DNA of 52,939 nucleotides from Anaerolineae bacterium (GCA_034437315.1 DAOTUC010000155.1:1-52939), one strand, 5' to 3'. Shown: positions 15,961 through 24,545, counted from the stretch's first letter. Numbers and translations: made by a program. The notes: generated from the letters alone by a model not told the origin.

Positions 15961-16956
15961 TCACTGATAAGACGTGCTCAAAGCCTTGAGAATGGCGGCG
16001 TGCACGACGCCATTGCTGACGACGACGCCCTGGTTGTGTTCCATCCGACGACCGGCGGTCCAATGCAGGGATTTCCCGTACATATCGGTCACGCGCCCGC
16101 CCGCTTCCTCCACGATCAAGGCCCCGGCGGCGTGATCCCATATCTTCTCCCGGTAATCGGGCGTTTGGGGTGAGGGCAGGCGCAGGTACAGGGCCGCGTC
16201 GCCCCGCGCCACAGCGCCGTACTTGGCCTGACTATCCAGTTTGAGCGGAGGGCGGGTGAAACCCACTGCCTGGGCGACGGCTTCTTGCAGAGCGTGGTCG
16301 CCGTGGGACGCTTCGACGCTCTCTACGAATCGCCAGTGGGCTTGAGCATGCTGACCGGCCCGCGCGGCGACGTGAATGGCTTCAAAAGCGTCGTTCCCCA
16401 GCGGCGCCGTCGCCGCGCCCGCCCCTCGGACCGCGGCGAATAACACGCCGCACGGGCCATCTTTCTCATCCAATCGCAACGGGAGCGCCGGGCATCCCAA
16501 CACAGCCACTTTCGTATCCCCTCGTTCGATGAGGGCCAGCGCGATGGCGTACTGGTCGTTGCGTAAAAAGCCCTTGGTGCCGTCGATGGGATCCAGGGTC
16601 CAGAATCGTTCCGCCACAGCGTCGTTCCCGGCGGAGATCCAGCGACAGACCGCCTCTGGCGTGGCGTCGGGGTGAAAGCGCCGGACGTATCCGGCGACCT
16701 GCTGCAACATCGCCGCGTTTTCCGGTTCTCGTAATGCCTGGGCGTCCTCCTCTCCCACGATGGGGTCACGGGGGAAGGCGTCCTTGAGCGCGCGGCAGAT
16801 CAACGCTTGCGCGCCGAAGTCGGCGATGGTGACCGGGCTGCGGTCCCCCTTCTCCAGCGAATCAACTTTGGTCATTTCCGCTTGAACGGCTTGACATAGG
16901 GCTGCTGCTTTGCTCACAGCTTGTATGGCGATCTCTTTTTCACATTGGTAATCCAT
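15961..16956 (-). CDS. cysQ: 3'(2'),5'-bisphosphate nucleotidase (CysQ/HAL2-type inositol monophosphatase family)
   Basis: DRSPVTIADFGAQ, WTLDPIDGTKGFLR and WDHAAGALIVEEAGGRVTD. Confidence 0.85.
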   Translation of the reverse strand: MDYQCEKEIAIQAVSKAAALCQAVQAEMTKVDSLEKGDRSPVTIADFGAQALICRALKDAFPRDPIVGEEDAQALREPENAAMLQQVAGYVRRFHPDATPEAVCRWISAGNDAVAERFWTLDPIDGTKGFLRNDQYAIALALIERGDTKVAVLGCPALPLRLDEKDGPCGVLFAAVRGAGAATAPLGNDAFEAIHVAARAGQHAQAHWRFVESVEASHGDHALQEAVAQAVGFTRPPLKLDSQAKYGAVARGDAALYLRLPSPQTPDYREKIWDHAAGALIVEEAGGRVTDMYGKSLHWTAGRRMEHNQGVVVSNGVVHAAILKALSTSYQ

Positions 16957-16969
16957 TTGACATGTCCCC

Positions 16970-17869
16970 CTATGCTGTTAAAATTTCTGCACCACCATTA
17001 TCATCATCGGAGACGCTGTCCGTGACGCGCACGGTATGTTCCCATTGGGCCGAGAGACTGCCATCGACAGTGACGACGGTCCAATTGTCATCCAATACGC
17101 GCACATGTTGCCCACCGGCGTTGATCATCGGCTCAATGGTAAACACCATGTTGGGCATGAGCGTCAACCCGGTGTGAGGTTCTCCAAAATGGCGCACGTC
17201 GGGAGGCTCGTGAAATTGCAGGCCGACGCCGTGCCCGATGTACTCTCGCACGACTGAGTAACCGTGGCCTTCGGCGTGCCGTTGAATCACGTGCCCGATG
17301 TCGCCCAGGGTGTTGCCCGGCTTGACCTGTGCAATCGCCAGGTGTAGACATTCTTGGGTGACCTGGACCAGCTGGCGGGCCTGTTCGGAGATTTCGCCGA
17401 TCATAAACATGCGGCTGGCGTCTCCGTAATATCCATCTAGAATAGACGTGACGTCGACGTTGAGAATGTCGCCCTCGCGCAACACGGTATCATCGGGTAT
17501 GCCGTGACACACGACATGGTTGATGGAGGTGCAGACGCTTTTAGGGAACCCACGGTAATTCAACGGGGCGGGGATGGCGCCGCGAGCGACGGTGTACTCA
17601 TGCACGCAGTGGTTGATGTCGTCGGTCGTGACGCCGGGCTCAATGCGCGCTTCCAGCATATCCAGGATGTCCTTCGTCAACTGCCCGCTCCGCCGGATCC
17701 CGGCAATCTGTTCTTCCGTTTTGATGATGACGCGGGAGGGGCGCCGCGTCTTGCCAATAATCGCTCGGTTGCTGCGGCCGGTTGCTCTATCTTGCTTCCG
17801 GTGGCAGTTTTTATATTTCTTACCACTGCCGCACCAGCAAGGGTCATTTCGTGATAGTTTGTGCATCAT
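16970..17869 (-). CDS. map: Type I methionine aminopeptidase with N-terminal SEC-C zinc-binding motif
   Basis: SEC-C motif DPCWCGSGKKYKNCH. MetAP motifs VCHGIP, DVTSILDGYYGD, GHGVG and FTIEPM. Confidence 0.95.
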   Translation of the reverse strand: MMHKLSRNDPCWCGSGKKYKNCHRKQDRATGRSNRAIIGKTRRPSRVIIKTEEQIAGIRRSGQLTKDILDMLEARIEPGVTTDDINHCVHEYTVARGAIPAPLNYRGFPKSVCTSINHVVCHGIPDDTVLREGDILNVDVTSILDGYYGDASRMFMIGEISEQARQLVQVTQECLHLAIAQVKPGNTLGDIGHVIQRHAEGHGYSVVREYIGHGVGLQFHEPPDVRHFGEPHTGLTLMPNMVFTIEPMINAGGQHVRVLDDNWTVVTVDGSLSAQWEHTVRVTDSVSDDDNGGAEILTA

Positions 17870-17888
17870 ATACCTTTCGGTTTTATGT

Positions 17889-17978
17889 AGAGCGTCTTAA
17901 ATAATTGCTCTAGCCACCGTCACGCGGGCGCTAATCGGCCCGAGGACGGGTCTCTGAGCGAATTTTTTAATAGTCTCT
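17889..17978 (+). repeat. ~85-bp palindromic intergenic repeat, copy 2
   Basis: AGAGCGTCTTAAATAATTGCTCTAGCCACCGTCACGCGGGCGCTAATCGGCCCGAGGACGGGTCTCTGAGCGAATTTTTTAATAGTCTCT. Confidence 0.9.
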
Positions 17979-18060
17979 GTACCTGGTTTGATGAGGATGC
18001 CAAGCCATATTATACCACTATTCACGAGGGAAGTTAAAACAATCAATGGAGGATTTTTAA

Positions 18061-19242
18061 ATGGGTTTATTCGACAAATGCAGGCAGTATACAACGGCCA
18101 AGGATTTGCAATCGTCCGGCCTATACCCCTACTTCATCCCTCTCACCCACAGCGAGGGGACCGAGGTCACGGTTGACGAGCATCAGCTAATCATGATTGG
18201 TTCCAACAATTACCTGGGATTGACGACCCATCCGAAGGTGCGTGAAGCCGCCATCGAAGCGACGCGCCTATATGGAACGAGTTGCACCGGTTCTCGCTTC
18301 CTCAATGGCACGTTGGCTTTGCACCTGGAACTGGAGCGCCGGTTGGCCGACTTTATAGCAACCGAGGCGGCGCTGGTGTTTTCTACCGGTTACCAGACGA
18401 ACCTCGGTACGATCTCGGCCCTGATCGGGCGGCGGGACGTCGTCGTGACCGACAAAGACGATCACGCCAGCATCGTCGATGGGTGCCGCCTGGCGCTGGG
18501 TAAGACCCGGCGCTTCCGCCACAACGATATGGAACACCTGGCGCGCGTTTTGTCTGGCCTTCCCGAGGGAGCCGGCAAGCTGGTCATCGTGGATGGCGTC
18601 TTCAGCATGGGGGGCGACATCGCGCCGCTGCCGGAAATCGTCTCGCTTTGCCGGGCGCATGACGCCTGTTTGATGGTGGACGACGCCCATTCGGTGGGGG
18701 TGCTGGGCGGCGGTCGAGGCACGGCGGCCCATTTTGGGCTGACCGATCAGGTCGATTTGACGATGGGCACGTTTAGCAAATCCTTCGCCAGCTTGGGCGG
18801 TTTCATCGCCGGAGAGGCGGACGTGATCCATTACATCCAGCACAACGCCCGTTCGCTGATTTTCAGCGCCAGTATGCCGCCGGCGAATGTAGCGACCGTT
18901 CTGGCGGCGCTCGAGGTGATACAGGCCGAGCCGGAGCGCATCGAGCGGGTGAAGCAGATCGGCGACTATATGCGGGCTGAATTTCGCCGCCTCGGTTTCA
19001 ACGTGGGAGACAGCCAGACCCCCATCATCCCCATCATCATCGGCGACGATACGCGCACTTTCCAGGCCTGGAAGGCGCTTTACGAGGCCGGCGTCTACAC
19101 GAATCCGGTCATCTCGCCGGCCGTGCCGCCGGAATTATCCCTCCTGCGCACAAGCTATATGGCCACTCACACCGACGAGCAACTCCAACGGGTGTTAGAG
19201 GCCTTCGCCCAGGTGGGGCGGGCGTTGAACTTGATCGCCTAG
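18061..19242 (+). CDS. PLP-dependent alpha-oxoamine synthase (serine palmitoyltransferase / KBL / BioF family)
   Basis: SNNYLGLTTHP, FSTGYQTNLG, RFRHND, DDAHSVG and PLP lysine motif GTFSKS. By my recall of reference sequences, the FSTGYxxNLG, RFRHN and GTFSKS blocks look more SPT-like than BioF- or KBL-like. Confidence 0.85.
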   Translation: MGLFDKCRQYTTAKDLQSSGLYPYFIPLTHSEGTEVTVDEHQLIMIGSNNYLGLTTHPKVREAAIEATRLYGTSCTGSRFLNGTLALHLELERRLADFIATEAALVFSTGYQTNLGTISALIGRRDVVVTDKDDHASIVDGCRLALGKTRRFRHNDMEHLARVLSGLPEGAGKLVIVDGVFSMGGDIAPLPEIVSLCRAHDACLMVDDAHSVGVLGGGRGTAAHFGLTDQVDLTMGTFSKSFASLGGFIAGEADVIHYIQHNARSLIFSASMPPANVATVLAALEVIQAEPERIERVKQIGDYMRAEFRRLGFNVGDSQTPIIPIIIGDDTRTFQAWKALYEAGVYTNPVISPAVPPELSLLRTSYMATHTDEQLQRVLEAFAQVGRALNLIA

Positions 19243-19479
19243 CAATTTTTAGAACGAGATGCAAAAGACTGCGGCAAATATCTTTGTAAAAAGCTGCGTG
19301 GTACACCCGCGCCTATCGAGCACTACGGAGGTTGACAAAGCGTGTCCGAATTCTTAAATGGAAAACTCCAGGTGAGAATGCGCTTGTTATCGTCCTATGC
19401 GAGATGATTATAACAGAAGACATCCTTGACAAAAATTTCAACCTATATGATAATCCTGCCATATTCAAAGGAGGCTCAC

Positions 19480-19806
19480 ATGACAAAACCAATCGAGGTC
19501 ACTGACGAGACATTTGAGAGCGACGTGTTACATGCCGCCAAACCGATCCTGGTGGATTTTTGGGCCGAGTGGTGCGGGCCTTGCAAGATGATCGCGCCCA
19601 TCGTCGAAGAAATCGCCGAGGAGTACAAGGATAATCTGCACGTGGCCAAGTTGGATGTGGACAGCAACCGGAGCATCCCTCAAAAATACGGCATTCAGGG
19701 TATTCCCACGCTGATCCTGTTCCATAACGGTGATGAGAAGACGCGGGTCGTTGGCTTTCGCACTAAACAAGCCCTGGCGGAAGAATTATTGCCTTATATC
19801 GAATAA
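19480..19806 (+). CDS. trxA: Thioredoxin
   Basis: WAEWCGPCKMIAP active site. RBS AGGAGG before the ATG at 19480. Confidence 0.95.
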   Translation: MTKPIEVTDETFESDVLHAAKPILVDFWAEWCGPCKMIAPIVEEIAEEYKDNLHVAKLDVDSNRSIPQKYGIQGIPTLILFHNGDEKTRVVGFRTKQALAEELLPYIE

Positions 19807-19982
19807 GCGCCTATCCGAAAATCGTTCAAAACCGCCCCGGGGCGGTGCGTGGGGCGAGTTTTAGGGTCTAACGGATTAGTATGCACGTTTCGATGTCTCT
19901 TTTGGTTTCTGGCTCGTCCCCGTCTGGATAAGGTGGATAAGGTCAGGATCGATTCTAGTAGTGAGCGCTTGTGTCCGCCAGC

Positions 19983-20010
19983 TTGACGCAACGTTTTTTT
20001 GTGATATACT
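19983..20010 (+). promoter_or_regulatory. Promoter of the T-box leader
   Basis: TTGACG (19983-19988), 16 nt, TATACT (20005-20010). Confidence 0.55.
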
Positions 20011-20039
20011 CGCACGATAGGACAAGTACAGATAGAAAA

Positions 20040-20423
20040 ACTGTGATTGGGAGAAGTAAGCGCCGAAGCGGGGTCCAGAGAGTCGGGTGAACGGCTGAGA
20101 GCTCGATACCAGCGCCGGTGTTGAATGGCCCCAGGAGTTGCTCGCCGAAACGAATGAGCGCCGTTTTAGACAGGCTCATCATGCGGAGTAGTCCGAGCCG
20201 GAGACGCCACCGTTATCATGGCCGAGGATGTCGCTTGAGAGAGACAAATTTGTCCTCTCTCTAAAGCCGCATCTGCCTAACGAGTGAGGCTGGCTTTTAT
20301 CCCACGACGCGCCAACACGGCGCGTTTTTTGTTTGTATGGCGAGGGATACGGGCCGCCTAACCGGGGTGGTACCGCGAGTGCTGTCTAACACACCCGTCC
20401 CTGGATTGGGATGGGTGTTTTTT
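20040..20423 (+). promoter_or_regulatory. T-box riboswitch leader (tRNA-sensing transcription attenuator) with an extra internal terminator
   Basis: Stem I elements: AGTA (20055-20058), AGAGAG (20077-20082), GGTGAA (20086-20091). Stem II AGTA at 20187-20190. F-box CCGTTA at 20210-20215. Canonical T-box sequence AACCGGGGTGGTACCGCG at 20360-20377. Terminator ACACCCGTCCC/GGGATGGGTGT plus T-run at 20391-20423. An additional hairpin CGCGCC/GGCGCG plus TTTTTT sits at 20308-20330. Confidence 0.7.
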
Positions 20424-20441
20424 ATTTTCAGAGGAGAGTTA

Positions 20442-21167
20442 ATGATGTATCTGGAACGTGTTCAATTGAGAAGCGAGGATTATCCCACTGACTGTTACTA
20501 TCCGTTCAACGTGCCCATCCTGAGACACCCGGCGGAATTGGCGTTCAAGAGCCGGATCGTCTTCTTCGTTGGCGAGAACGGTTCCGGTAAATCGACGTTG
20601 TTGGAGGCCATCACCCGGAAGTGCGGCATCCACACCTGGGATAAGCCCAAGCGTCATCTGGCCCATCACAATCCTTACGAGACGAAGTTGTCGAAGTACA
20701 TCACGGTGACCTGGGTCAATGGGCGTGTCGCTGGATCGCTCTTCCGGGCCGAGACCTTCCGCGATCTGGCCGATTTCCTGGATGACGTGGCGCTCTGCGA
20801 TCCGGGGCGGCTGAAGTACCACGGCGGTCGCATCCTTAACACGCTGTCGCACGGCGAGGGCATCCTGAGTTACCTCAGCAATCGTTACAAAATCAAGGGC
20901 TTGTACATCCTAGACGAACCGGAGGCCGCCCTTTCGCCAGCGAGCCAGGTGAAATTCCTGGAATTGCTCCGCCGCCTGGACGACGCCGGTCACGCGCAGC
21001 TCATCATCGCCACTCACTCGCCGATCCTGCTATCCTATCCCGGCGGGCAGATTTTTAGTTTCGATCGATCCCGCATCCGGGAGGTTGATTACGAGGAGAC
21101 GGCGCATTATAAGGTTTACAAGCAGTTTTTTGCGAATAGGGATTACGGAGTAGGGAGTAAGGATTAG
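20442..21167 (+). CDS. ABC/SMC-like P-loop ATPase of unknown function (COG3910-like)
   Basis: Walker A GENGSGKST, signature-like LSHGEG, Walker B LYILDEPEAALS, H-loop IATHSP. RBS GAGGAG before the ATG at 20442. Confidence 0.8.
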   Translation: MMYLERVQLRSEDYPTDCYYPFNVPILRHPAELAFKSRIVFFVGENGSGKSTLLEAITRKCGIHTWDKPKRHLAHHNPYETKLSKYITVTWVNGRVAGSLFRAETFRDLADFLDDVALCDPGRLKYHGGRILNTLSHGEGILSYLSNRYKIKGLYILDEPEAALSPASQVKFLELLRRLDDAGHAQLIIATHSPILLSYPGGQIFSFDRSRIREVDYEETAHYKVYKQFFANRDYGVGSKD

Positions 21168-21296
21168 GGATTGAGGAGTAACTCCCCATACTTCTTACTC
21201 CCTACTTCCTACTCCTGCCAGAAAGGAGCGATATTATCGAGAAATCATTGCGTTTCATACTGTTCATCATTACCCATAACACAAGGAGAAGAAAAA

Positions 21297-22661
21297 ATGA
21301 CTCAATACAAGTATTTACTAGATGAAAACAATATGCCGACCCATTGGTACAACATCGTGGCGGATATGGAGACCCCGCCGCCGCCCTACCGGCATCCGGC
21401 GACGTTGGATCTCCTGGGGCCTGACGACCTGGCGCCGGTTTTTCCCCGGGCCCTGATCGAGCAGGAAGTCAGCGCTGAGCGTTGGATTGAGATTCCTGAA
21501 GAGGTGCAAGATGTGCTCAAGATGTGGCGGCCCGCCCCGCTTTATCGCGCCCATCGCTGGGAGAAGCAACTGGATACTCCGGCCCGGATTTACTACAAGT
21601 GGGAAGGGGTCAGTCCGCCCGGCAGCCACAAGCCGAACACCGCCATCGCCCAATGTTACTACGCCAAGCAAGAAGGGCTGGAGGGCTTGGCGACTGAGAC
21701 CGGGGCCGGGCAGTGGGGCAGCGCGCTCAGTTTCGCCACCCAATTCTTCGGCCTGCAATGCCAGGTGTTCATGGTGACCATCAGTTATCACCAGAAGCCT
21801 TACCGGCGCGTGATGATGGAGACCTGGGGCGGTCGTGTGATCCCCAGCCCCAGCAGCGAGACGAACGCCGGCCGGGCGATCCTGGCGAAAGATCCGGAGA
21901 CGACGGGCAGCCTGGGCATCGCCATCAGCGAGGCGATCGAATACGCCGTCACCCACGACGGTTGGAAATACTCGTTGGGCAGCGTGGTCAACTTCGTCCT
22001 GCTCCACCAGACGGTCATCGGGCTGGAGGCCAAGAAGCAGATGGAGATGGCGGGCGATTATCCCGACATCCTCATCGGATGCGCGGGCGGGGGCAGCAAC
22101 GCCGCCGGATTGATCTACCCCTTTATGCAGGATAAGCTGACTGGGGCCAAGCCTGACCTGCGGGCCATATTCGTCGAATCGACCGCCTGCCCCAGTATGA
22201 CGCGCGGCCAATACGCCTACGACTGGGGCGACACGGCCAAAACCGGCCCGGTGACCAAGATGCACACCGTGGGCCATGGCTTCATCCCCGCGCCGGTCCA
22301 CGCCGGCGGCTTGCGTTATCACGGCATGGCGCCCACCATTTGCCACCTTTTGAGCAATGACCAAGCCGAAGCCCGCGCCTATCACCAGATCGAAATCTTC
22401 GACGCGGCCCACAGCTTCGCCCGGGCCGAGGGCTTCATCGTCGCCCCAGAGACGGCCCACGCCATCAAGGCGGTCTACGACGAGGCGATGGTCTGCAAAG
22501 AAGCGGGCGAGGACAAGGTCATCCTGTTCAACGCCAGCGGTCACGGACATTTCGATCTCTCGGCCTACGACGCCTATCACGGACGGGACCTGCTCGATTA
22601 TGAGCTGGAGGAGGATCGGCTGGCGCGGGCGTTAGACGATTTGCCGGAGATTGCGGAGTGA
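21297..22661 (+). CDS. trpB2: TrpB-like PLP enzyme (tryptophan synthase beta chain, TrpB2 type)
   Basis: [12 protein letters not shown]...[39 protein letters not shown]...[12 protein letters not shown]. The long N-terminal extension is typical of TrpB2. RBS AAGGAGA before the ATG at 21297. Confidence 0.88.
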   Translation: MTQYKYLLDENNMPTHWYNIVADMETPPPPYRHPATLDLLGPDDLAPVFPRALIEQEVSAERWIEIPEEVQDVLKMWRPAPLYRAHRWEKQLDTPARIYYKWEGVSPPGSHKPNTAIAQCYYAKQEGLEGLATETGAGQWGSALSFATQFFGLQCQVFMVTISYHQKPYRRVMMETWGGRVIPSPSSETNAGRAILAKDPETTGSLGIAISEAIEYAVTHDGWKYSLGSVVNFVLLHQTVIGLEAKKQMEMAGDYPDILIGCAGGGSNAAGLIYPFMQDKLTGAKPDLRAIFVESTACPSMTRGQYAYDWGDTAKTGPVTKMHTVGHGFIPAPVHAGGLRYHGMAPTICHLLSNDQAEARAYHQIEIFDAAHSFARAEGFIVAPETAHAIKAVYDEAMVCKEAGEDKVILFNASGHGHFDLSAYDAYHGRDLLDYELEEDRLARALDDLPEIAE

Positions 22662-22707
22662 GGGTTGCAGGTTTGATGTTTAAGGTTTAAGGCCGAACTG
22701 AGTGGAG

Positions 22708-22756
22708 AGCAGGTAGATTGGGGATAGGGATGTACACCAGTCTGCCTGCTTTTTTG
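22708..22756 (+). terminator. Terminator after trpB2
   Basis: AGCAGGTAGA / TCTGCCTGCT stem (one G-U pair) with a 23-nt loop, followed by TTTTTT. Confidence 0.55.
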
Positions 22757-22814
22757 TCGGCTACCTACTTGTCTCCTTCTCGGTTCCATGTAGAATGGAG
22801 CATCGTAGGTGTTG

Positions 22815-23003
22815 ATGAAAATCACGTATCGCGACCAGGAATGGGAATTGCAAGGACAACGACGGGTGCGGGAGGTTATCGAAGAAGTCGGCCTCATCCC
22901 CGAAACCGTGCTCGCCGTGCGGGATGGCAAGTTGATCACCAAGGACACCATCTTGAGCGAGGGTGACGCGATCAAACTGGTCGCCGTCATATCGGGTGGG
23001 TAG
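22815..23003 (+). CDS. ThiS/MoaD-family ubiquitin-like sulfur-carrier protein (C-terminal GG)
   Basis: 62-64 aa, MKITYRDQEWEL...DAIKLVAVISGG*, ending in Gly-Gly directly before the stop. GTG at 22809 and TTG at 22812 are alternative starts. Confidence 0.75.
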   Translation: MKITYRDQEWELQGQRRVREVIEEVGLIPETVLAVRDGKLITKDTILSEGDAIKLVAVISGG

Positions 23004-23022
23004 GGCCTGTCGAGGATCGACG

Positions 23023-23298
23023 ATGAAATGTCTCAAGTGTGGCCGGCCGGCTGTGTTCCACATGCGCCACCATAAGCTGGCGCTGTGCGAGATTCACTAT
23101 CCGGAATGGTTCGTCAAACAGACGGAGCGAGCGATCCGGAAGTACCGCCTGTTCGATTCCGTGGCGCGCGTGCTGATCTCAGCGCGCCGGGTTAGAAAGG
23201 ATGAGGAGAAATGGATATCTCGCAAATCACATCAATCTATGGAAAAACGTTCGATTGCGCGTGCGGCAAAACACATCACATTGATCCCCAGGGCGTGA
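23023..23298 (+). pseudogene. TtuA/NcsA-like tRNA thiolation PP-loop ATPase remnant (N-terminal zinc finger only)
   Basis: MKCLKCGRPAVFHMRHHKLALCEIHYPEWFVKQTERAIRKYRLF is the N-terminal CxxC...C zinc-finger region of TtuA-like enzymes. The expected PP-loop SGGKDS never appears. After ...SVARVLIS the frame runs into the RBS and 5' end of the next gene. Confidence 0.55.
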
Positions 23299-24545
23299 TT
23301 TACGCGCCGGACGCGGTCGCGCAGCTTCCCGATGTGGCGGCGGCGTGGACGGTCGGACGCCGCGCGGTCGTGCTGATGGACGCGCGTACTCGGGCCGTCG
23401 CGGGGACGGCTGCGACGGCTGCGCTGCGAGACCGGGGCTGGGATGTCTCCGAAATCGTCGCGCCAGATACCAGCGCCGCCGGGCCGGTCTGCGACGACGA
23501 AACTTTCGCTTGGTTGCGGCCCCAGATGGAAGGCGTGGATATCGTCATCCCGGTGGGCAGCGGCGTGTTGAGCGATCTCGGAAAATGGATGGCCTTCGAT
23601 TTAGACGTCCCCTACGTCGTTTTTGGGACGGCCGCCAGTATGAACGGTTACGCATCGGCCAACGTGGCGGCGACGGTCAAAGGGGTGAAGACGCTTATCC
23701 GAGCCCGCGCGCCCCGCGTCGTCCTGTCCGATCCGGACGTCATCCGCGACGCGCCTTACGAGATGACCGCCGCCGGCCTGGGGGACATCCTGGCCAAATC
23801 GGTCAGTTCCGCCGACTGGCGGATGAATCACGTCCTATTCGGGGATTATTTCTGCGCCCGTTCTGTGTCGCTGATCGCCGAGATTGAGCCGCTCTATCTC
23901 GATCACCCCGACGATGTGCGCCAACGGAAGCCGGAGGCTCTGGAAGCGCTGTTCCACGCGCTGTTGTTGACCGGCGTGGCGATGACGATGGCGGAGACCT
24001 CGGCGCCGGCCTCCGGAGGTGAACATCTCGTGTCGCACACGCTGGATATGATGTCATCCCTCGACGGCGTCCCCCACGACTTACACGGCCGGCAGGTCGG
24101 CGTCGGTACCGTGCTGGCTTCCGCGCTCTACCGTCGCATCATCGGGTTGGAATCGCCCGATTTCTCCCGCGCCGAGGCGGTCGTCACCCAGGACATCGAC
24201 GGGGAATTTTGGGGGCGCTTGAGCGGAGAGGTCGCGTCCCACTATGCCCAGAAGATGGCGCGCATGCGGGAAGCGGTCGGCATCCTCTCCCGTGGGAATG
24301 CCTGGGATCGTCTGCGCGAGGAAATGACGTCTTACGTCCGCCCGCCGGAGCAGATTCGCGATTGCCTGAAACAGGCCGACGCGGCCTACCGCGCGCAGGA
24401 CATCGGTTGCTCGCGGGAAAGGCTGCTGCAGGCGGTCGAACACGCCCACGAGATTCGCTCTCGCTTCACGATCATCGACCTGGCCCGCCTGGTGGGTTTA
24501 CTGCCCCGCTCGGCGGCGGAGATCGTTGAGGCGTGGGCCTTGTGA
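23211..24545 (+). CDS. sn-glycerol-1-phosphate dehydrogenase / AraM-like enzyme (DHQS-like iron-ADH superfamily)
   Basis: VGSGVLSDLGKW, FGTAASMNGYAS, AAGLGDILAK, SGGEHLVSHTLD and HGRQVGVGT fit the G1PDH/AraM family pattern. RBS GAGGAGA. Confidence 0.65.
   Translation: MDISQITSIYGKTFDCACGKTHHIDPQGVIYAPDAVAQLPDVAAAWTVGRRAVVLMDARTRAVAGTAATAALRDRGWDVSEIVAPDTSAAGPVCDDETFAWLRPQMEGVDIVIPVGSGVLSDLGKWMAFDLDVPYVVFGTAASMNGYASANVAATVKGVKTLIRARAPRVVLSDPDVIRDAPYEMTAAGLGDILAKSVSSADWRMNHVLFGDYFCARSVSLIAEIEPLYLDHPDDVRQRKPEALEALFHALLLTGVAMTMAETSAPASGGEHLVSHTLDMMSSLDGVPHDLHGRQVGVGTVLASALYRRIIGLESPDFSRAEAVVTQDIDGEFWGRLSGEVASHYAQKMARMREAVGILSRGNAWDRLREEMTSYVRPPEQIRDCLKQADAAYRAQDIGCSRERLLQAVEHAHEIRSRFTIIDLARLVGLLPRSAAEIVEAWAL

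Noticed and set aside
19826-19920. Possible fifth, degenerate copy of the 85-bp repeat downstream of trxA. It shares ACCGCCCCGGGGCGG, GTCTCT..TGGTTT and TCTGGCTCGTCC with copies 2 and 4 and their flanks.
   Set aside because: The similarity is patchy and I could not produce a convincing end-to-end alignment by eye. The GC hairpin there is adequately explained as the trxA terminator.
19955-20182. 75-aa minus-strand ORF downstream of trxA.
   Set aside because: It overlaps the promoter and Stem I of the T-box leader. It has no RBS and non-coding-like composition.
20017-20335. Treating the first ~300 nt of the leader, ending at the first terminator, as an independent sRNA or a different riboswitch class.
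   Set aside because: The Stem I, Stem II and F-box elements are T-box-specific, and no second ligand-binding motif is recognisable. It is more simply a T-box leader with a duplicated terminator region.
21141-21215. TTAGGG-like reiterations (GGATTAGGGATTGAGG) as a telomere-like or functional repeat.
   Set aside because: There are only two or three imperfect units. They form one arm region of a 13-bp hairpin spanning the ATPase stop codon and are most likely coincidental.
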